Assembly: GCA_049668445.1 (NCBI GenBank)
Contig: JBATJK010000099.1
Span: 731-64,730, forward strand
Source of the DNA: Gemmatimonadota bacterium
Lineage (GTDB): Bacteria; Gemmatimonadota; Gemmatimonadetes; Palauibacterales; Palauibacteraceae
Length of the DNA stretch: 64,000 bases
Direction of reading: 5' to 3'
Each line of letters opens with the position of its first letter. The stretch's first letter is position 1. A model generated the notes under the pieces. That model was not told where the DNA came from, made no database searches, and saw only the letters and a program-made list of their open reading frames with translations. Positions 9,872 to 18,985 of the stretch are shown here, in pieces. The position numbers were made by a program, and so were the translations under genes.

Positions 9872-11023
9872 TCAAACGGGAAGGAAGAAGAAAGCCAGCC
9901 CCAGCATGAGGTACACGGCCAGGAGCTGCACTCCCTCCATCCAGTGCGACTCTCCGTCGAGAGAAACGAGGGCCATAACCCCCGCCGACAACACGACGGC
10001 CACCACTTCCAGCGACGTGAAATGCAGGTCCATCGGGGCCGGTCCGATGGCGTAGCTGAGGAACACGAGAAGGGGGGCGACGAACATGGCGATCTGAATG
10101 GACGATCCGACCGCAATGTTGACCGACAGGTCCATCTTGTTCTTGGCGGCCATCAGCACGGCCGTGGAGTGCTCCGCCGCGTTACCCACCAGCGCCACCA
10201 GGATGACGCCGACGAACACCTGGTTCATGCCCAGGTCGTGAGCCGCCTCTTCCAATGCGCCGACCATCATCTCAGACATGACGCCCACTGCAGCGGCGGA
10301 GAGGAGAAGCAGGCCGAGGGCGCGCGATGCCCCCCCACGCTGGCCGTGATCGCCGTCCGCCGAACCATGATCCATGGCGGCGCCCGTGCCGAGGTACAGG
10401 TGGGAGTGGGTCCGGAAGCTGAACACCAGTCCGAGAACGTAGGTCGCCATCAAGACGATCGAGATGTCCAGGCTGAGGCCCCGCTCGAGCCCGACGGCAC
10501 CTTCTCCCACGACCTGGTGGAAGATCGCCGGCAGCACGAGACCGATGGCCGCCAGCAGCAGCATCGTCGCCCCCATGCTTGCAGCCGTACGGTTGAATCG
10601 CTGAATCGGCGGGAACTTGAGGCCGCCGACCAGAATGCTCAGGCCCAGCACGAGCAGGAGGTTCCCGATGATCGATCCGGTCAGCGATGCCTTGACCACG
10701 TCCATCAGGCCTGCCCGAAGGGCCATGATCGCGATGATCACCTCGGCGGCGTTGCCGAATGTGGCGTTGAGGAAGCCTCCCCACCCGGCTCCCAGGTGCT
10801 CGGCCAGCCGCTCGGTCGCCCGGCCCATGTAGCCGGCGAGCGGAATGATCGACACCGCCGCCGCGATGAACACCGGAGTCCCATGCAGACCGAACCCCCA
10901 CACCATCGTCAGGGTGGCCGGAACCGAAAGAAGAAGCACGAGCAGGATGCGGTCCACGGACAGGACGCGACGTGCGTCCGGGGTCGAGTCGGCCACGGCA
11001 CCTCCCTGCTTCGGATCGGTCAC
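9872..11023 (-). CDS. Ca2+/H+ antiporter (CaCA family, ChaA/CAX-like)
   Basis: 383 aa polytopic membrane protein. The conserved CaCA alpha-repeat motif [41 protein letters not shown] is present. Confidence 0.85.
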   Translation of the reverse strand: MTDPKQGGAVADSTPDARRVLSVDRILLVLLLSVPATLTMVWGFGLHGTPVFIAAAVSIIPLAGYMGRATERLAEHLGAGWGGFLNATFGNAAEVIIAIMALRAGLMDVVKASLTGSIIGNLLLVLGLSILVGGLKFPPIQRFNRTAASMGATMLLLAAIGLVLPAIFHQVVGEGAVGLERGLSLDISIVLMATYVLGLVFSFRTHSHLYLGTGAAMDHGSADGDHGQRGGASRALGLLLLSAAAVGVMSEMMVGALEEAAHDLGMNQVFVGVILVALVGNAAEHSTAVLMAAKNKMDLSVNIAVGSSIQIAMFVAPLLVFLSYAIGPAPMDLHFTSLEVVAVVLSAGVMALVSLDGESHWMEGVQLLAVYLMLGLAFFFLPV

Positions 11024-11085
11024 GGAGCGCGAAGCGCGCCGAAGCCTGATCCGGGGGTATCTGTCGTGAGGGCGCCTCCCGAAAA

Positions 11086-11156
11086 TCCCGGGAGCAAAGG
11101 CGTCGTCCGGATTCGAACCGGAGTAGGGGGCTTTGCAGGCCCCTGCCTAGCCACTC
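11086..11156 (-). tRNA. tRNA-Cys (anticodon GCA), discriminator U73, CCA not encoded
   Basis: Reverse complement folds as GGCGTCG-TG-GCC-GAGTGGCTA-GGC-A-GGGGC-CTGCAAA-GCCCC-CTAC-TCCGG-TTCGAAT-CCGGA-CGACGCC-T. Acceptor stem is 7 bp, T arm 5 bp with TTCGAAT loop, anticodon loop CT-GCA-AA. Confidence 0.75.
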
Positions 11157-11324
11157 GGCCACGACGCCACGCCGGAAGTCCTTCTGGTTCCGGGGCGCGG
11201 AAACTAGCCGCTTCCGCGACCCGTGGCCAGAGTCCGAGTTCGCTTGTGCGGCCCCGTGGCGGACGCCTATACTCCGGTCCACGCTCGCCGCTCCGCGGCG
11301 CGATTCACCGTACCGGAGATCGTC

Positions 11325-13124
11325 ATGGCCCGGAGCCCCGCTCCGCTCGTGCACCCCAACCTGATCCGCCTTGGCTGCGCAGTGGTTGCGCTGCTATCCG
11401 CGGCACCTTCGCCCGCCGAAGCACAGGTACGGGACCGGGACGCCCGGATACCGCAGGCCGGCTCCCTCTGGATCGAGTTGTCACCCCAGTTCTACAACTG
11501 GAACGAGCAGTTCGCCGAGAACAACGCGGGCGTCAGCGACGGTAGTCGTGAACCGTTGTTTTCCGACTACGACGGCAGCGTTGCGGCGCGCCTGTTTCCG
11601 GGCCTCGACCCGATGCTCGAGGTGGTGAATCGAGACGCCGATGCCCTCGGCTTCATCCCGCTGACGGGGAGTGATCTCGATCTCGGAGACGTCGACTTCG
11701 GTTCGATCGACGTGTTCGTCCGCCGGATCCCGTTGGCTCTCCAGTTCGGCATTGGTGGCTTCGCTGCCATCGAGATCCTGGCCCCACTCGTCAAGACGGA
11801 GGTCGAGACGGGATTCGCGTACGATTCCACTGCGACCAATGTACTCCGGGCTGAGACCGCGCTCGCCGACCCGACAGCGTTCTTCTCGCAGTTGGACGCT
11901 GCCCAGGCTCAGCTGCAAGCCCTCGTGGACGGCGGTACTCTCTCTCCCGAGGACCAGGCCACCGCTGAGTCCCTTCTCGCGGACTCGGACGCGTTCCAGG
12001 GAGCGCTGGACTCCAGGATCTCGGGGCAGCAGTACCTGTTCACCTCCGGCAGCTCCGCCGGACAGCAGATGACCGGCTACTACGGCGGATTCGAGGCCGG
12101 ATTCCAGTCATTCGGGATCACGCTGCCGGGGTTCGGACTCCCTGACAACGCCACCCGGTCTGATTTCAACGCCTATTTCGAGCGCGATCCGGTCCTCGGT
12201 CAGCCGCTGGGCAAGGTCACGCGTGGCTGGGCGTTCTCGGAGATCGAGATCGGCGCCCGATTCAAACTGCTCGACACGTTCGGGTGGCCCGAGCGGCCCG
12301 AGCCTCAGCCGGAGGTTGCCGCCGCCGCGCTTCCGGTCGAGGCCGACACGACCGTCGTCACGGACCCGCTGGCAGCGGCGCCCCCGCCGGTGGATGATGA
12401 GGATCCGGATTCCGTACCCGCGGAAGCGGCGCGTCGGCGAACCGACACCCCGGCCGAGGCCGTAGAGGCAACCGAACTGGTTCCGGTGGACCTGCCCGGG
12501 GTGAGATTCAGGACGACCGTGGGAGCCCGGTATCGATTCCCGCTCTCGGACCCTGACAAGGATCCGTATCTGGATCCCGACGTCTTTCTCCAGCAGCCCA
12601 TCGGGACAGGCCAGGCCGACCTGCAACTCGAGCTGTTTCAGGACGTGGCTTTCGGGCGACGTTTCATGGCTGTCGCCGGCGTCACCTATGGTCTACAGCT
12701 CAAGGACGAACTCGTGCGGCGCGTTTCGCCGCCCGGGCAGCCCTATGGTTATACCTCGCAGAAGACCACCGTCTCACGTGACATGGGCGATTTCCTGGAG
12801 ATCGTGATCTCGCCCCGCTTCTCACTCACCGAGGCCATGTCACTGGCGGTCGAGTACACGTTTTGGAACAAGGGGAACGACGTGTACCAGACGACCTCGG
12901 GTGGCGTCGACGCCTCACCGCTCAACGTCGAGACGTCCCAGACGCGGCACATGCTGGGAATCGGAGCCCACTACAGGACAACGCGCCTGTTCGCCGCCGG
13001 CAGGGCTGGCGTGCCGATCGATCTGGCCTTCCTGTGGCAGACGGCGATCTCGGGATCCGGGGGACAGACCCCTGCGCTCGGCGTGGTCACCCTCTCGATT
13101 CGGTTGCCGATTCAGCTATTCTGA
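11325..13124 (+). CDS. Putative outer-membrane beta-barrel protein with an acidic proline-rich internal segment
   Basis: Track ORF 11223..13124. Probable start is internal MARSPAPLVHPNLIRLGCAVVALLSAAPSPAEA (signal peptide). The C-terminus ...LSIRLPIQLF ends in Phe with alternating hydrophobic residues, which is an OMP beta-barrel signature. Middle region PERPEPQPEVAAAALPVEADTTVVTDPLAAAPPPVDDEDPDSVPAE is low-complexity. Confidence 0.5.
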   Translation: MARSPAPLVHPNLIRLGCAVVALLSAAPSPAEAQVRDRDARIPQAGSLWIELSPQFYNWNEQFAENNAGVSDGSREPLFSDYDGSVAARLFPGLDPMLEVVNRDADALGFIPLTGSDLDLGDVDFGSIDVFVRRIPLALQFGIGGFAAIEILAPLVKTEVETGFAYDSTATNVLRAETALADPTAFFSQLDAAQAQLQALVDGGTLSPEDQATAESLLADSDAFQGALDSRISGQQYLFTSGSSAGQQMTGYYGGFEAGFQSFGITLPGFGLPDNATRSDFNAYFERDPVLGQPLGKVTRGWAFSEIEIGARFKLLDTFGWPERPEPQPEVAAAALPVEADTTVVTDPLAAAPPPVDDEDPDSVPAEAARRRTDTPAEAVEATELVPVDLPGVRFRTTVGARYRFPLSDPDKDPYLDPDVFLQQPIGTGQADLQLELFQDVAFGRRFMAVAGVTYGLQLKDELVRRVSPPGQPYGYTSQKTTVSRDMGDFLEIVISPRFSLTEAMSLAVEYTFWNKGNDVYQTTSGGVDASPLNVETSQTRHMLGIGAHYRTTRLFAAGRAGVPIDLAFLWQTAISGSGGQTPALGVVTLSIRLPIQLF

Positions 13125-14774
13125 CAGCAGTTCCGCCGCGTGCCGCCGGGACACTTCACGACCAGGATCACCACCCAGCATGCGGGCCAGCTCCTCTACC
13201 CGTTCCTCTCCCTCGAGCGTTCGCACGCGGGCCGAGGCCAGGCCGTCTTGCTGGACCTTCTCCACGAAGAGGTGCACGGAGGCCTTCGACGCGATCTGCG
13301 GCAGATGCGTGATCGCGAACACCTGGTGATTCTCGGCCACCATGGCCAGCCTCTCGGCGACGCGGTGGGCCACCCGGCCGCCGACGCCCGAATCGATCTC
13401 GTCGAACACGAGGCTTGGGACTCCATCCACTTCTGCGAGCACGGTCTTCAGAGCCAGCATCACGCGACTCAGCTCGCCACCCGAGGCGACGCGGGCAAGA
13501 GGTCCCGGCTCGAAGCCGGGATTGAGGCTCACCTGGAACTCGGCGCGCTCTGCCCCATGACTTCCCAGTTCGGCAAGTTCCTCCAAACGCACGCGGAAAC
13601 GCCCTCCCTCCATGCCAAGCTCGTCGAGCAAACCGGTGACCTCGCTCTCGAGCCGGGCCGCGGATGCCTTCCTTAGAGCGGTCAGCTGGTCCGCCTGGAC
13701 AACCAATTCCTCCAGAGCGGCCGTCTCCTCCACGGCAAGGGCGTCGAGATCGAGCACACTGCGATCGGCTCTCTCCAGCTCCTCGCGGGCGGCTTTCCCG
13801 GTAGCGAGAACTTCTTCGATCGTCCCGCCATACTTGCGTTTCAGCCCGTGTATCAGGTCGAGCCGGTCACGCAACTCTGCCAGGCGCCCCGGGTCGTGTT
13901 CGACCGCATCGCGATAGGCGGAGAGACGTCTGCCAAGTTCTTGCAGCGTAGTCCTGGCATCGGCGTACAGCGCCTCGATCTCGCTCGCCGTGGGGTCGAT
14001 CCGGACCAGGTCCTCGACCTTCCGCGACAGACCGCCAAGTCCCTCGACGAGCGCACCATCGTCTCCGTACACGGCCGAATGCAGTGCGGCGGACAAGTCG
14101 ATCAGCTCCTCCGAGTGCTCGAGACGCCGGGCTTCCAGGGCGGCTGTCTCGTCCTCCCGCAGCGTGAGGCCGGCTGACTCGATCTCCCGCGCACGAAATG
14201 CGAGAAAATCGGCCCGTTCACGAGTGGCGGACGCCTCGGCCCGGGTCGCAGCGATCCTGCCGCGGAGACCGACCAGCCTGGCGTGGGCCTCGCCCGTACG
14301 GTCGGCAGCGTCCCTGGCCCCGGCGAACGCATCAAGGATGTCCCGCTGGGCTTCCCGCCTCAGCAGCGCCTGGTGTTCGTGCTGACCGTGGAGATCGACG
14401 AGTCTCTGCCCGATGTCTCGGACCAGGCCCGTGGTCGCCGCCGAACCGTTGACCCAGGCCCGATTGCGTCCCTCACGGAGGACCTCGCGGCGCAGAATTA
14501 GCCAGTCTCCGTCGACCTCGATTCCCTGCTCCGCGCACAGGCGGACCAGTTCCGGCGCCCCCGAGCAATCGAACACACCTTCTACCAGTGCCCGGTCTTC
14601 ACCGGCGCGCACCAGGTCGGAAGAGGCCCGCTCTCCGAGCAGCAGCGAAAGGGCGCCGACGATGAGCGACTTCCCCGCCCCGGTCTCTCCCGTCAGAACG
14701 TTCAGGCCCGGCTCGAGCTCGATGCGCAGGTCATCGATGACCGCGTAGTTCCGGACATGCAACTCCTTCAGCAT
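13116..14774 (-). CDS. recN: DNA repair protein RecN
   Basis: 552 aa. MLKELHVRNYAVIDDLRIELEPGLNVLTGETGAGKSLIVGALSLLLGERAS (Walker A), SMC-like coiled coil, C-terminal signature region. Confidence 0.9.
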   Translation of the reverse strand: MLKELHVRNYAVIDDLRIELEPGLNVLTGETGAGKSLIVGALSLLLGERASSDLVRAGEDRALVEGVFDCSGAPELVRLCAEQGIEVDGDWLILRREVLREGRNRAWVNGSAATTGLVRDIGQRLVDLHGQHEHQALLRREAQRDILDAFAGARDAADRTGEAHARLVGLRGRIAATRAEASATRERADFLAFRAREIESAGLTLREDETAALEARRLEHSEELIDLSAALHSAVYGDDGALVEGLGGLSRKVEDLVRIDPTASEIEALYADARTTLQELGRRLSAYRDAVEHDPGRLAELRDRLDLIHGLKRKYGGTIEEVLATGKAAREELERADRSVLDLDALAVEETAALEELVVQADQLTALRKASAARLESEVTGLLDELGMEGGRFRVRLEELAELGSHGAERAEFQVSLNPGFEPGPLARVASGGELSRVMLALKTVLAEVDGVPSLVFDEIDSGVGGRVAHRVAERLAMVAENHQVFAITHLPQIASKASVHLFVEKVQQDGLASARVRTLEGEERVEELARMLGGDPGREVSRRHAAELLSE

Positions 14775-14781
14775 GGATCCA

Positions 14782-15669
14782 TCAATCGGCGTCAGGTCGG
14801 ACGTCGCCCCAGCGCATCTTCTGGCGCAGGACGGAGAAGAAGTTCTGGTCCGGCATACGGATCAGCCGAACAGGATGCGGAGAACGCTGCGCAGACACCC
14901 TGCCTCCACCACCCAACCTGCCTCCGCTCTGCCCATCCACCGTCACGAGGATCCCATCCATCCGGCTGAGAATCTCCACGCTGATCGTCGCGTCCGCCGG
15001 GACCACGACCGGCCGGATCGACATGGTGTGCGGACAGATAGGGGTAGCCACAAGAGCGTCCAGAGTGGGAAAGAGTATCGGACCTCCGGCGGACAGACTG
15101 TAGGCCGTCGACCCGGTGGCCGTCGCGAGGACGATCCCGTCCGCACTGTACTGACCGATTTCCTCGTCGTTGACCCACACCCGCATGGAGATCAGTCGTG
15201 CGAAGCCACCCTTGTGCACGACCGCATCGTTGAGCGCGTAGAACGTCTCGCTGGGTTCGGCGTCCGCCGTTCCGACACCGCCCTCGGCCGGGTGAAGTCC
15301 CACCTGGAGCGCCAATCTGCGCTCTTCTTCGTAGTTGCCATCGCGCAGGCGGCACATCAGATCCTCGACCTGATCAATCCGCACTGCGGTCAGGAAACCC
15401 AGCTTCCCCAGGTTGCAGCCGACGACGGGGACGTCGCGCGGCCCCGCGAACCGCGCCCCGCGAAGGAGAGTCCCGTCTCCACCCAGGGTGAGAAGAAAGT
15501 CCAGTTCACCCACCTCGTCCTCGAGAGGTGGACCGTCACCGCCCGATTCGGCCAGGAGATCAGCCGTAAGGACCAGTTCGGCCCCTATCTTCTCGGCCGA
15601 GTTCCGCAAACGATCGAGGATGTCGTGAAGGGCGGGATGATGCGGCTGTGACAACACGCCGAGTCGCAT
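14782..15669 (-). CDS. nadK: NAD+ kinase
   Basis: 295 aa. GGDGTLL and NLGKLGFL motifs, with DGIVLATATGSTAYSLSAGGPI. Confidence 0.9.
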   Translation of the reverse strand: MRLGVLSQPHHPALHDILDRLRNSAEKIGAELVLTADLLAESGGDGPPLEDEVGELDFLLTLGGDGTLLRGARFAGPRDVPVVGCNLGKLGFLTAVRIDQVEDLMCRLRDGNYEEERRLALQVGLHPAEGGVGTADAEPSETFYALNDAVVHKGGFARLISMRVWVNDEEIGQYSADGIVLATATGSTAYSLSAGGPILFPTLDALVATPICPHTMSIRPVVVPADATISVEILSRMDGILVTVDGQSGGRLGGGGRVSAQRSPHPVRLIRMPDQNFFSVLRQKMRWGDVRPDAD

Positions 15670-15670
15670 G

Positions 15671-16543
15671 TCAGTGCGTCCTCTCGATTACGTACGATGC
15701 GATGGCTCTGAGACCCTCAGGCCGATCGAAGAGGGCCAGTTCGGCCATCGCCGCCTCGGCGAAAGCCCGGCTGATCCTCTCCGTTTCCTCCACGCCGAAC
15801 AGGGCCGGATAGGTCGCTTTGCCCAGGGCGCGGTCCCGGCCGCTCTCCTTGCCAAGCTCACCCGCCGTGCCCCGCAGATCCAGAATATCGTCTACGGCCT
15901 GGAAGGCCAGCCCGAGGTCCATGCCGAACCGGCGCAGAGCGTCCAGGCTGGAACTCGACGCGCCCGCCGCGATGCCACCCATGACCGCGCACGCGGCGAT
16001 CAGACGGCCTGTCTTGCCGGAGTGGATCTCCTCGAGTTCCTCCTTCGTCACCCACCTCCCCTCGGCCCGGAGATCCAGGAGCTGTCCGCCGACCATTCCC
16101 GATGCGCCGGATGCCGCCGTCAATGTCTCGACGAGCCGATCAATCACGGCCGGGTCAAGCCCGAGCAGGGCTCCACTCCGCACGATGGCCCGCACCGCCA
16201 GGGGCATCAGCGCGGCGCCGGTCAGTACCGCCCGAGGCACCCCAAACTTCACGTGGACCGTGGGACGGCCGCGCCTCAACACGTCGTCATCCATGCACGG
16301 AAGATCGTCATGCACCAGGGAGTACGCGTGCACCAGCTCGACGCTGAGCGCGAGATCCGCGATCGAAGAGTTGTCGCCGCCCAGCGCTCGATACGAGGCC
16401 ATCAGGAGCAAAGGGCGGATCCGCTTGCCGGGGCTAAGCACGGAATAGCGCACCGCTTCGGAGACCTCGGGTTCGAGGTGATCGAGCTCCTCGCGCAGAA
16501 ACAACTCCAGGGCCCGGTCGAAGTCCACCCGCAAGGACGCCAT
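15671..16543 (-). CDS. ispA: Polyprenyl diphosphate synthase (farnesyl/geranylgeranyl diphosphate synthase, IspA-like)
   Basis: FARM motif LVHDDLPCMDDDVLRRGRPT and SARM FQAVDDILD. Track ORF begins at 16624, but the likely start is internal MASLRVDFD, which avoids overlapping xseB. Confidence 0.8.
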   Translation of the reverse strand: MASLRVDFDRALELFLREELDHLEPEVSEAVRYSVLSPGKRIRPLLLMASYRALGGDNSSIADLALSVELVHAYSLVHDDLPCMDDDVLRRGRPTVHVKFGVPRAVLTGAALMPLAVRAIVRSGALLGLDPAVIDRLVETLTAASGASGMVGGQLLDLRAEGRWVTKEELEEIHSGKTGRLIAACAVMGGIAAGASSSSLDALRRFGMDLGLAFQAVDDILDLRGTAGELGKESGRDRALGKATYPALFGVEETERISRAFAEAAMAELALFDRPEGLRAIASYVIERTH

Positions 16544-16592
16544 CCGGACCAGCGGATCTTCCACCGGCCCGCTCGATTCCGGACCCGAGGGC

Positions 16593-16853
16593 CTAGTCTG
16601 ACCCTGCCCCACCCGCGTCCTCACTCTTTTCGAGGTCCGGGGGGCTGGCCCTCAACGGCTCCGAGGCCCCCTTCACCAGCTCCTCGACCTTGCCGTGCGC
16701 CGAATCGAGCAGGCTCCCTGCCACGCGCAGTCTGTCGATGCCGCGTTCGAACAAGCGCAGCGCTTCGTCCAGGGCCAGATCGTCTCGCTCCAGGGAGTCC
16801 GCGATCGTCTCCAACTCTGCAAGCGCTCGCTCGAACGTCAGGTCGTCGCTCAT
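16593..16853 (-). CDS. xseB: Exodeoxyribonuclease VII small subunit
   Basis: 86 aa. MSDDLTFERALAELETIADSLERDDLALDEALRLFERGIDRLR is typical XseB. It has an ATGA overlap with xseA. Confidence 0.85.
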   Translation of the reverse strand: MSDDLTFERALAELETIADSLERDDLALDEALRLFERGIDRLRVAGSLLDSAHGKVEELVKGASEPLRASPPDLEKSEDAGGAGSD

Positions 16854-18028
16854 GCGTCCTCTACAGGTAGATCGATGTTCCGGATCCCGCCGACTTCGCA
16901 GCGAATGGTCGCATCCACGACCCGAAGATCAAAACTGGCCCCCAACTCGAACATGCTACCTCGACGCAGCACCGTCCCCTCATCATCGAGGGGGACCGCG
17001 TAGCCGCGACTGAGAGTCGCCAACGGGCTCAGGGCATCCAGCCGGGCCGAGACGAGCGAGAGCCCCCCCGCCCTTGCACTCAGCGAGTCTCCAATGGCAC
17101 GAACCAGGCGGCTGGCGTTGTCCTCCGTCCGGTCCCGGCCCCTTCTCACGACATCCCTCAGCGCGGAGGCCATGCCGTCTCTCAGCCCCGCCAACCTGGA
17201 CAGGAGCGCACCCACCTCCGGCACGACTGTCTCGGCCGCCGCGGATGGAGTAGCGGCACGGTGGTCTGCCACGAGGTCGGCCATGGTCACGTCAATCTCG
17301 TGACCGACAGCCGACACCACCGGGATCGGACACGCGGCGATCGCCCGGGCGACGGATTCCTCGTTGAAGGCCCACAGGTCCTCGACGGATCCGCCCCCCC
17401 GTGTGACGATCACCACGTCGCACGACCCTTCACGCCCGATGCTCTCGAGCGCTTGGACGATCTCCGGAGCCGCCTCCCGTCCCTGAACGCGGCAATTGGA
17501 GACCAGGATCTGAGTCCAGGGAGCGCGCCGACGAATGACCGCTATGATATCCCTCAGGGCGGCTCCCGAACGCGAGGTTACGACGCCCACCCGACGGGGA
17601 ACCTCCGGCAGCGCTCGCTTGAGGGCCGGGTCGAGCAGGCCCTCCGCCGCCAGGGTGGCTCGCAGTCTCTCGAAGGCCAGTCGCCACAGGCCGTCACCGC
17701 GCGCCTCCAGCGCCCTCACGACCAGCTGATACTTGCCGCCAGCGGGATAGACGGTCAGGCGACCGAAGACGCAAACCTCCATCCCGTCGTCCGGATCGGT
17801 AGGCAGGGCGCGCGCATCCGAGCGAAACATGACGCAATCGACCTGGGCGTCGTGATCGCGAAGCGTGAAGTAGCAGTGGCCCGAGCCGTGACGTCGCCAG
17901 CGGCCGATCTCGCCCCTCACCCACAGGGGTTCGAACGACGATTCGAGCACCTGACGGACGGCTTCGTTGACCTCAGAAACCGGTACCGCCGTGGCCGGCG
18001 TCCGGCCCGGATCAGCGACCTGCCCGAC
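16850..18028 (-). CDS. xseA: Exodeoxyribonuclease VII large subunit. The start is approximate.
   Basis: OB-fold N-terminus ...VPVSEVNEAVRQVLESSFEPLWVRGEIGRWRRHGSGHCYFTLRD. Track ORF extends to 18148, overlapping folD by about 100 nt. The true start is probably a GTG/CTG near 18020-18052. Confidence 0.8.
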   Translation of the reverse strand, partial: VGQVADPGRTPATAVPVSEVNEAVRQVLESSFEPLWVRGEIGRWRRHGSGHCYFTLRDHDAQVDCVMFRSDARALPTDPDDGMEVCVFGRLTVYPAGGKYQLVVRALEARGDGLWRLAFERLRATLAAEGLLDPALKRALPEVPRRVGVVTSRSGAALRDIIAVIRRRAPWTQILVSNCRVQGREAAPEIVQALESIGREGSCDVVIVTRGGGSVEDLWAFNEESVARAIAACPIPVVSAVGHEIDVTMADLVADHRAATPSAAAETVVPEVGALLSRLAGLRDGMASALRDVVRRGRDRTEDNASRLVRAIGDSLSARAGGLSLVSARLDALSPLATLSRGYAVPLDDEGTVLRRGSMFELGASFDLRVVDATIRCEVGGIRNIDLPVEDA

Positions 18029-18048
18029 GTCCTCGATAGCGACTATCC

Positions 18049-18939
18049 TCAGGCGAGTCCCGCGAGCCGCCTCGCAGCAACCACGGTGTTCTTGAGGAGC
18101 ATGGCGATCGTCATCGGACCCACTCCGCCCGGGACCGGCGTGATCCACGACGCTTTCTCGGCGATCGCGTCGTAATCGACATCCCCCACCAGGCGGTAGC
18201 CGCGCTCCCGAGTATCGTCATCCACACGATTGACGCCGACGTCGATCACCACCGTACCCTCTGAGACCATGTCGGCCGTAACGGCGTTCGGCCACCCGAC
18301 GGCCACGATCAGGAGGTCGGCAGACCGGGTGATCTCACCCAGGTCCTGGGACCGGCTGTGCGCCATTGTGACGGTCGCATTGGCCCAGGGAGCCTTCTGG
18401 GAGAGAATCGCGGCCATGGGCCGGCCGACGATGTTGGAGCGCCCGACGATCACGGCGTGCTTGCCGGCCGGATCGTACCCGATGTGCTTGAGCATCACCT
18501 GGACACCGGCGGGCGTGCAGGGACGAAACGCGTCGGGGTCGCCGCTCGCAAGGCGACCCACGTTGACCGGATGGAAGCCGTCGGCGTCCTTCTCGGGCCG
18601 GATCCGCTCCATCACCGTCTTCTCGTCCACGTGGTCGGGCAGGGGCAGCTGGACGAGGATCCCGTGAATCGACGGATCCTCATTCCACGCGTCGAGGATC
18701 GAAAGGATCTCTTCCTGGGAGGTGTCGGCCGGAAGGCGCTGATCGACGGCCTTGATGCCGACCTCGGCGCACTTCTTCTCTTTCATCCCGACGTAGACGC
18801 TCGATGCCGGGTCTTCGCCGACCAGCATGACCGCCAGGCACGGCTCGACGCCGGCGGCCTTCAGCTCCTCTACCTCCTGCGCGACTTCATCCCGAACGGC
18901 CTGCGAAATAGCCTTACCGTCAATGATCTGAGCGGACAT
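18049..18939 (-). CDS. folD: Bifunctional methylenetetrahydrofolate dehydrogenase / methenyl-THF cyclohydrolase
   Basis: MSAQIIDGKAISQAVRDEVAQEVEELKAAG…, followed by NIVGRPMA and the PVPGGVGPMTIAMLL tail. Full FolD length. Confidence 0.9.
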   Translation of the reverse strand: MSAQIIDGKAISQAVRDEVAQEVEELKAAGVEPCLAVMLVGEDPASSVYVGMKEKKCAEVGIKAVDQRLPADTSQEEILSILDAWNEDPSIHGILVQLPLPDHVDEKTVMERIRPEKDADGFHPVNVGRLASGDPDAFRPCTPAGVQVMLKHIGYDPAGKHAVIVGRSNIVGRPMAAILSQKAPWANATVTMAHSRSQDLGEITRSADLLIVAVGWPNAVTADMVSEGTVVIDVGVNRVDDDTRERGYRLVGDVDYDAIAEKASWITPVPGGVGPMTIAMLLKNTVVAARRLAGLA

Positions 18940-18985
18940 GTCATCTCCTCGCATCTATTCCGAGCGGCCGGTGCTATCCGGCCCG

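Noticed and set aside
9854-11545. 563-aa plus-strand ORF
   Set aside because: It runs antisense across the Ca2+/H+ antiporter gene and the tRNA. It is Arg/His/Gly-rich low-complexity typical of high-GC antisense frames, and the real CaCA protein on the minus strand has clear family motifs.
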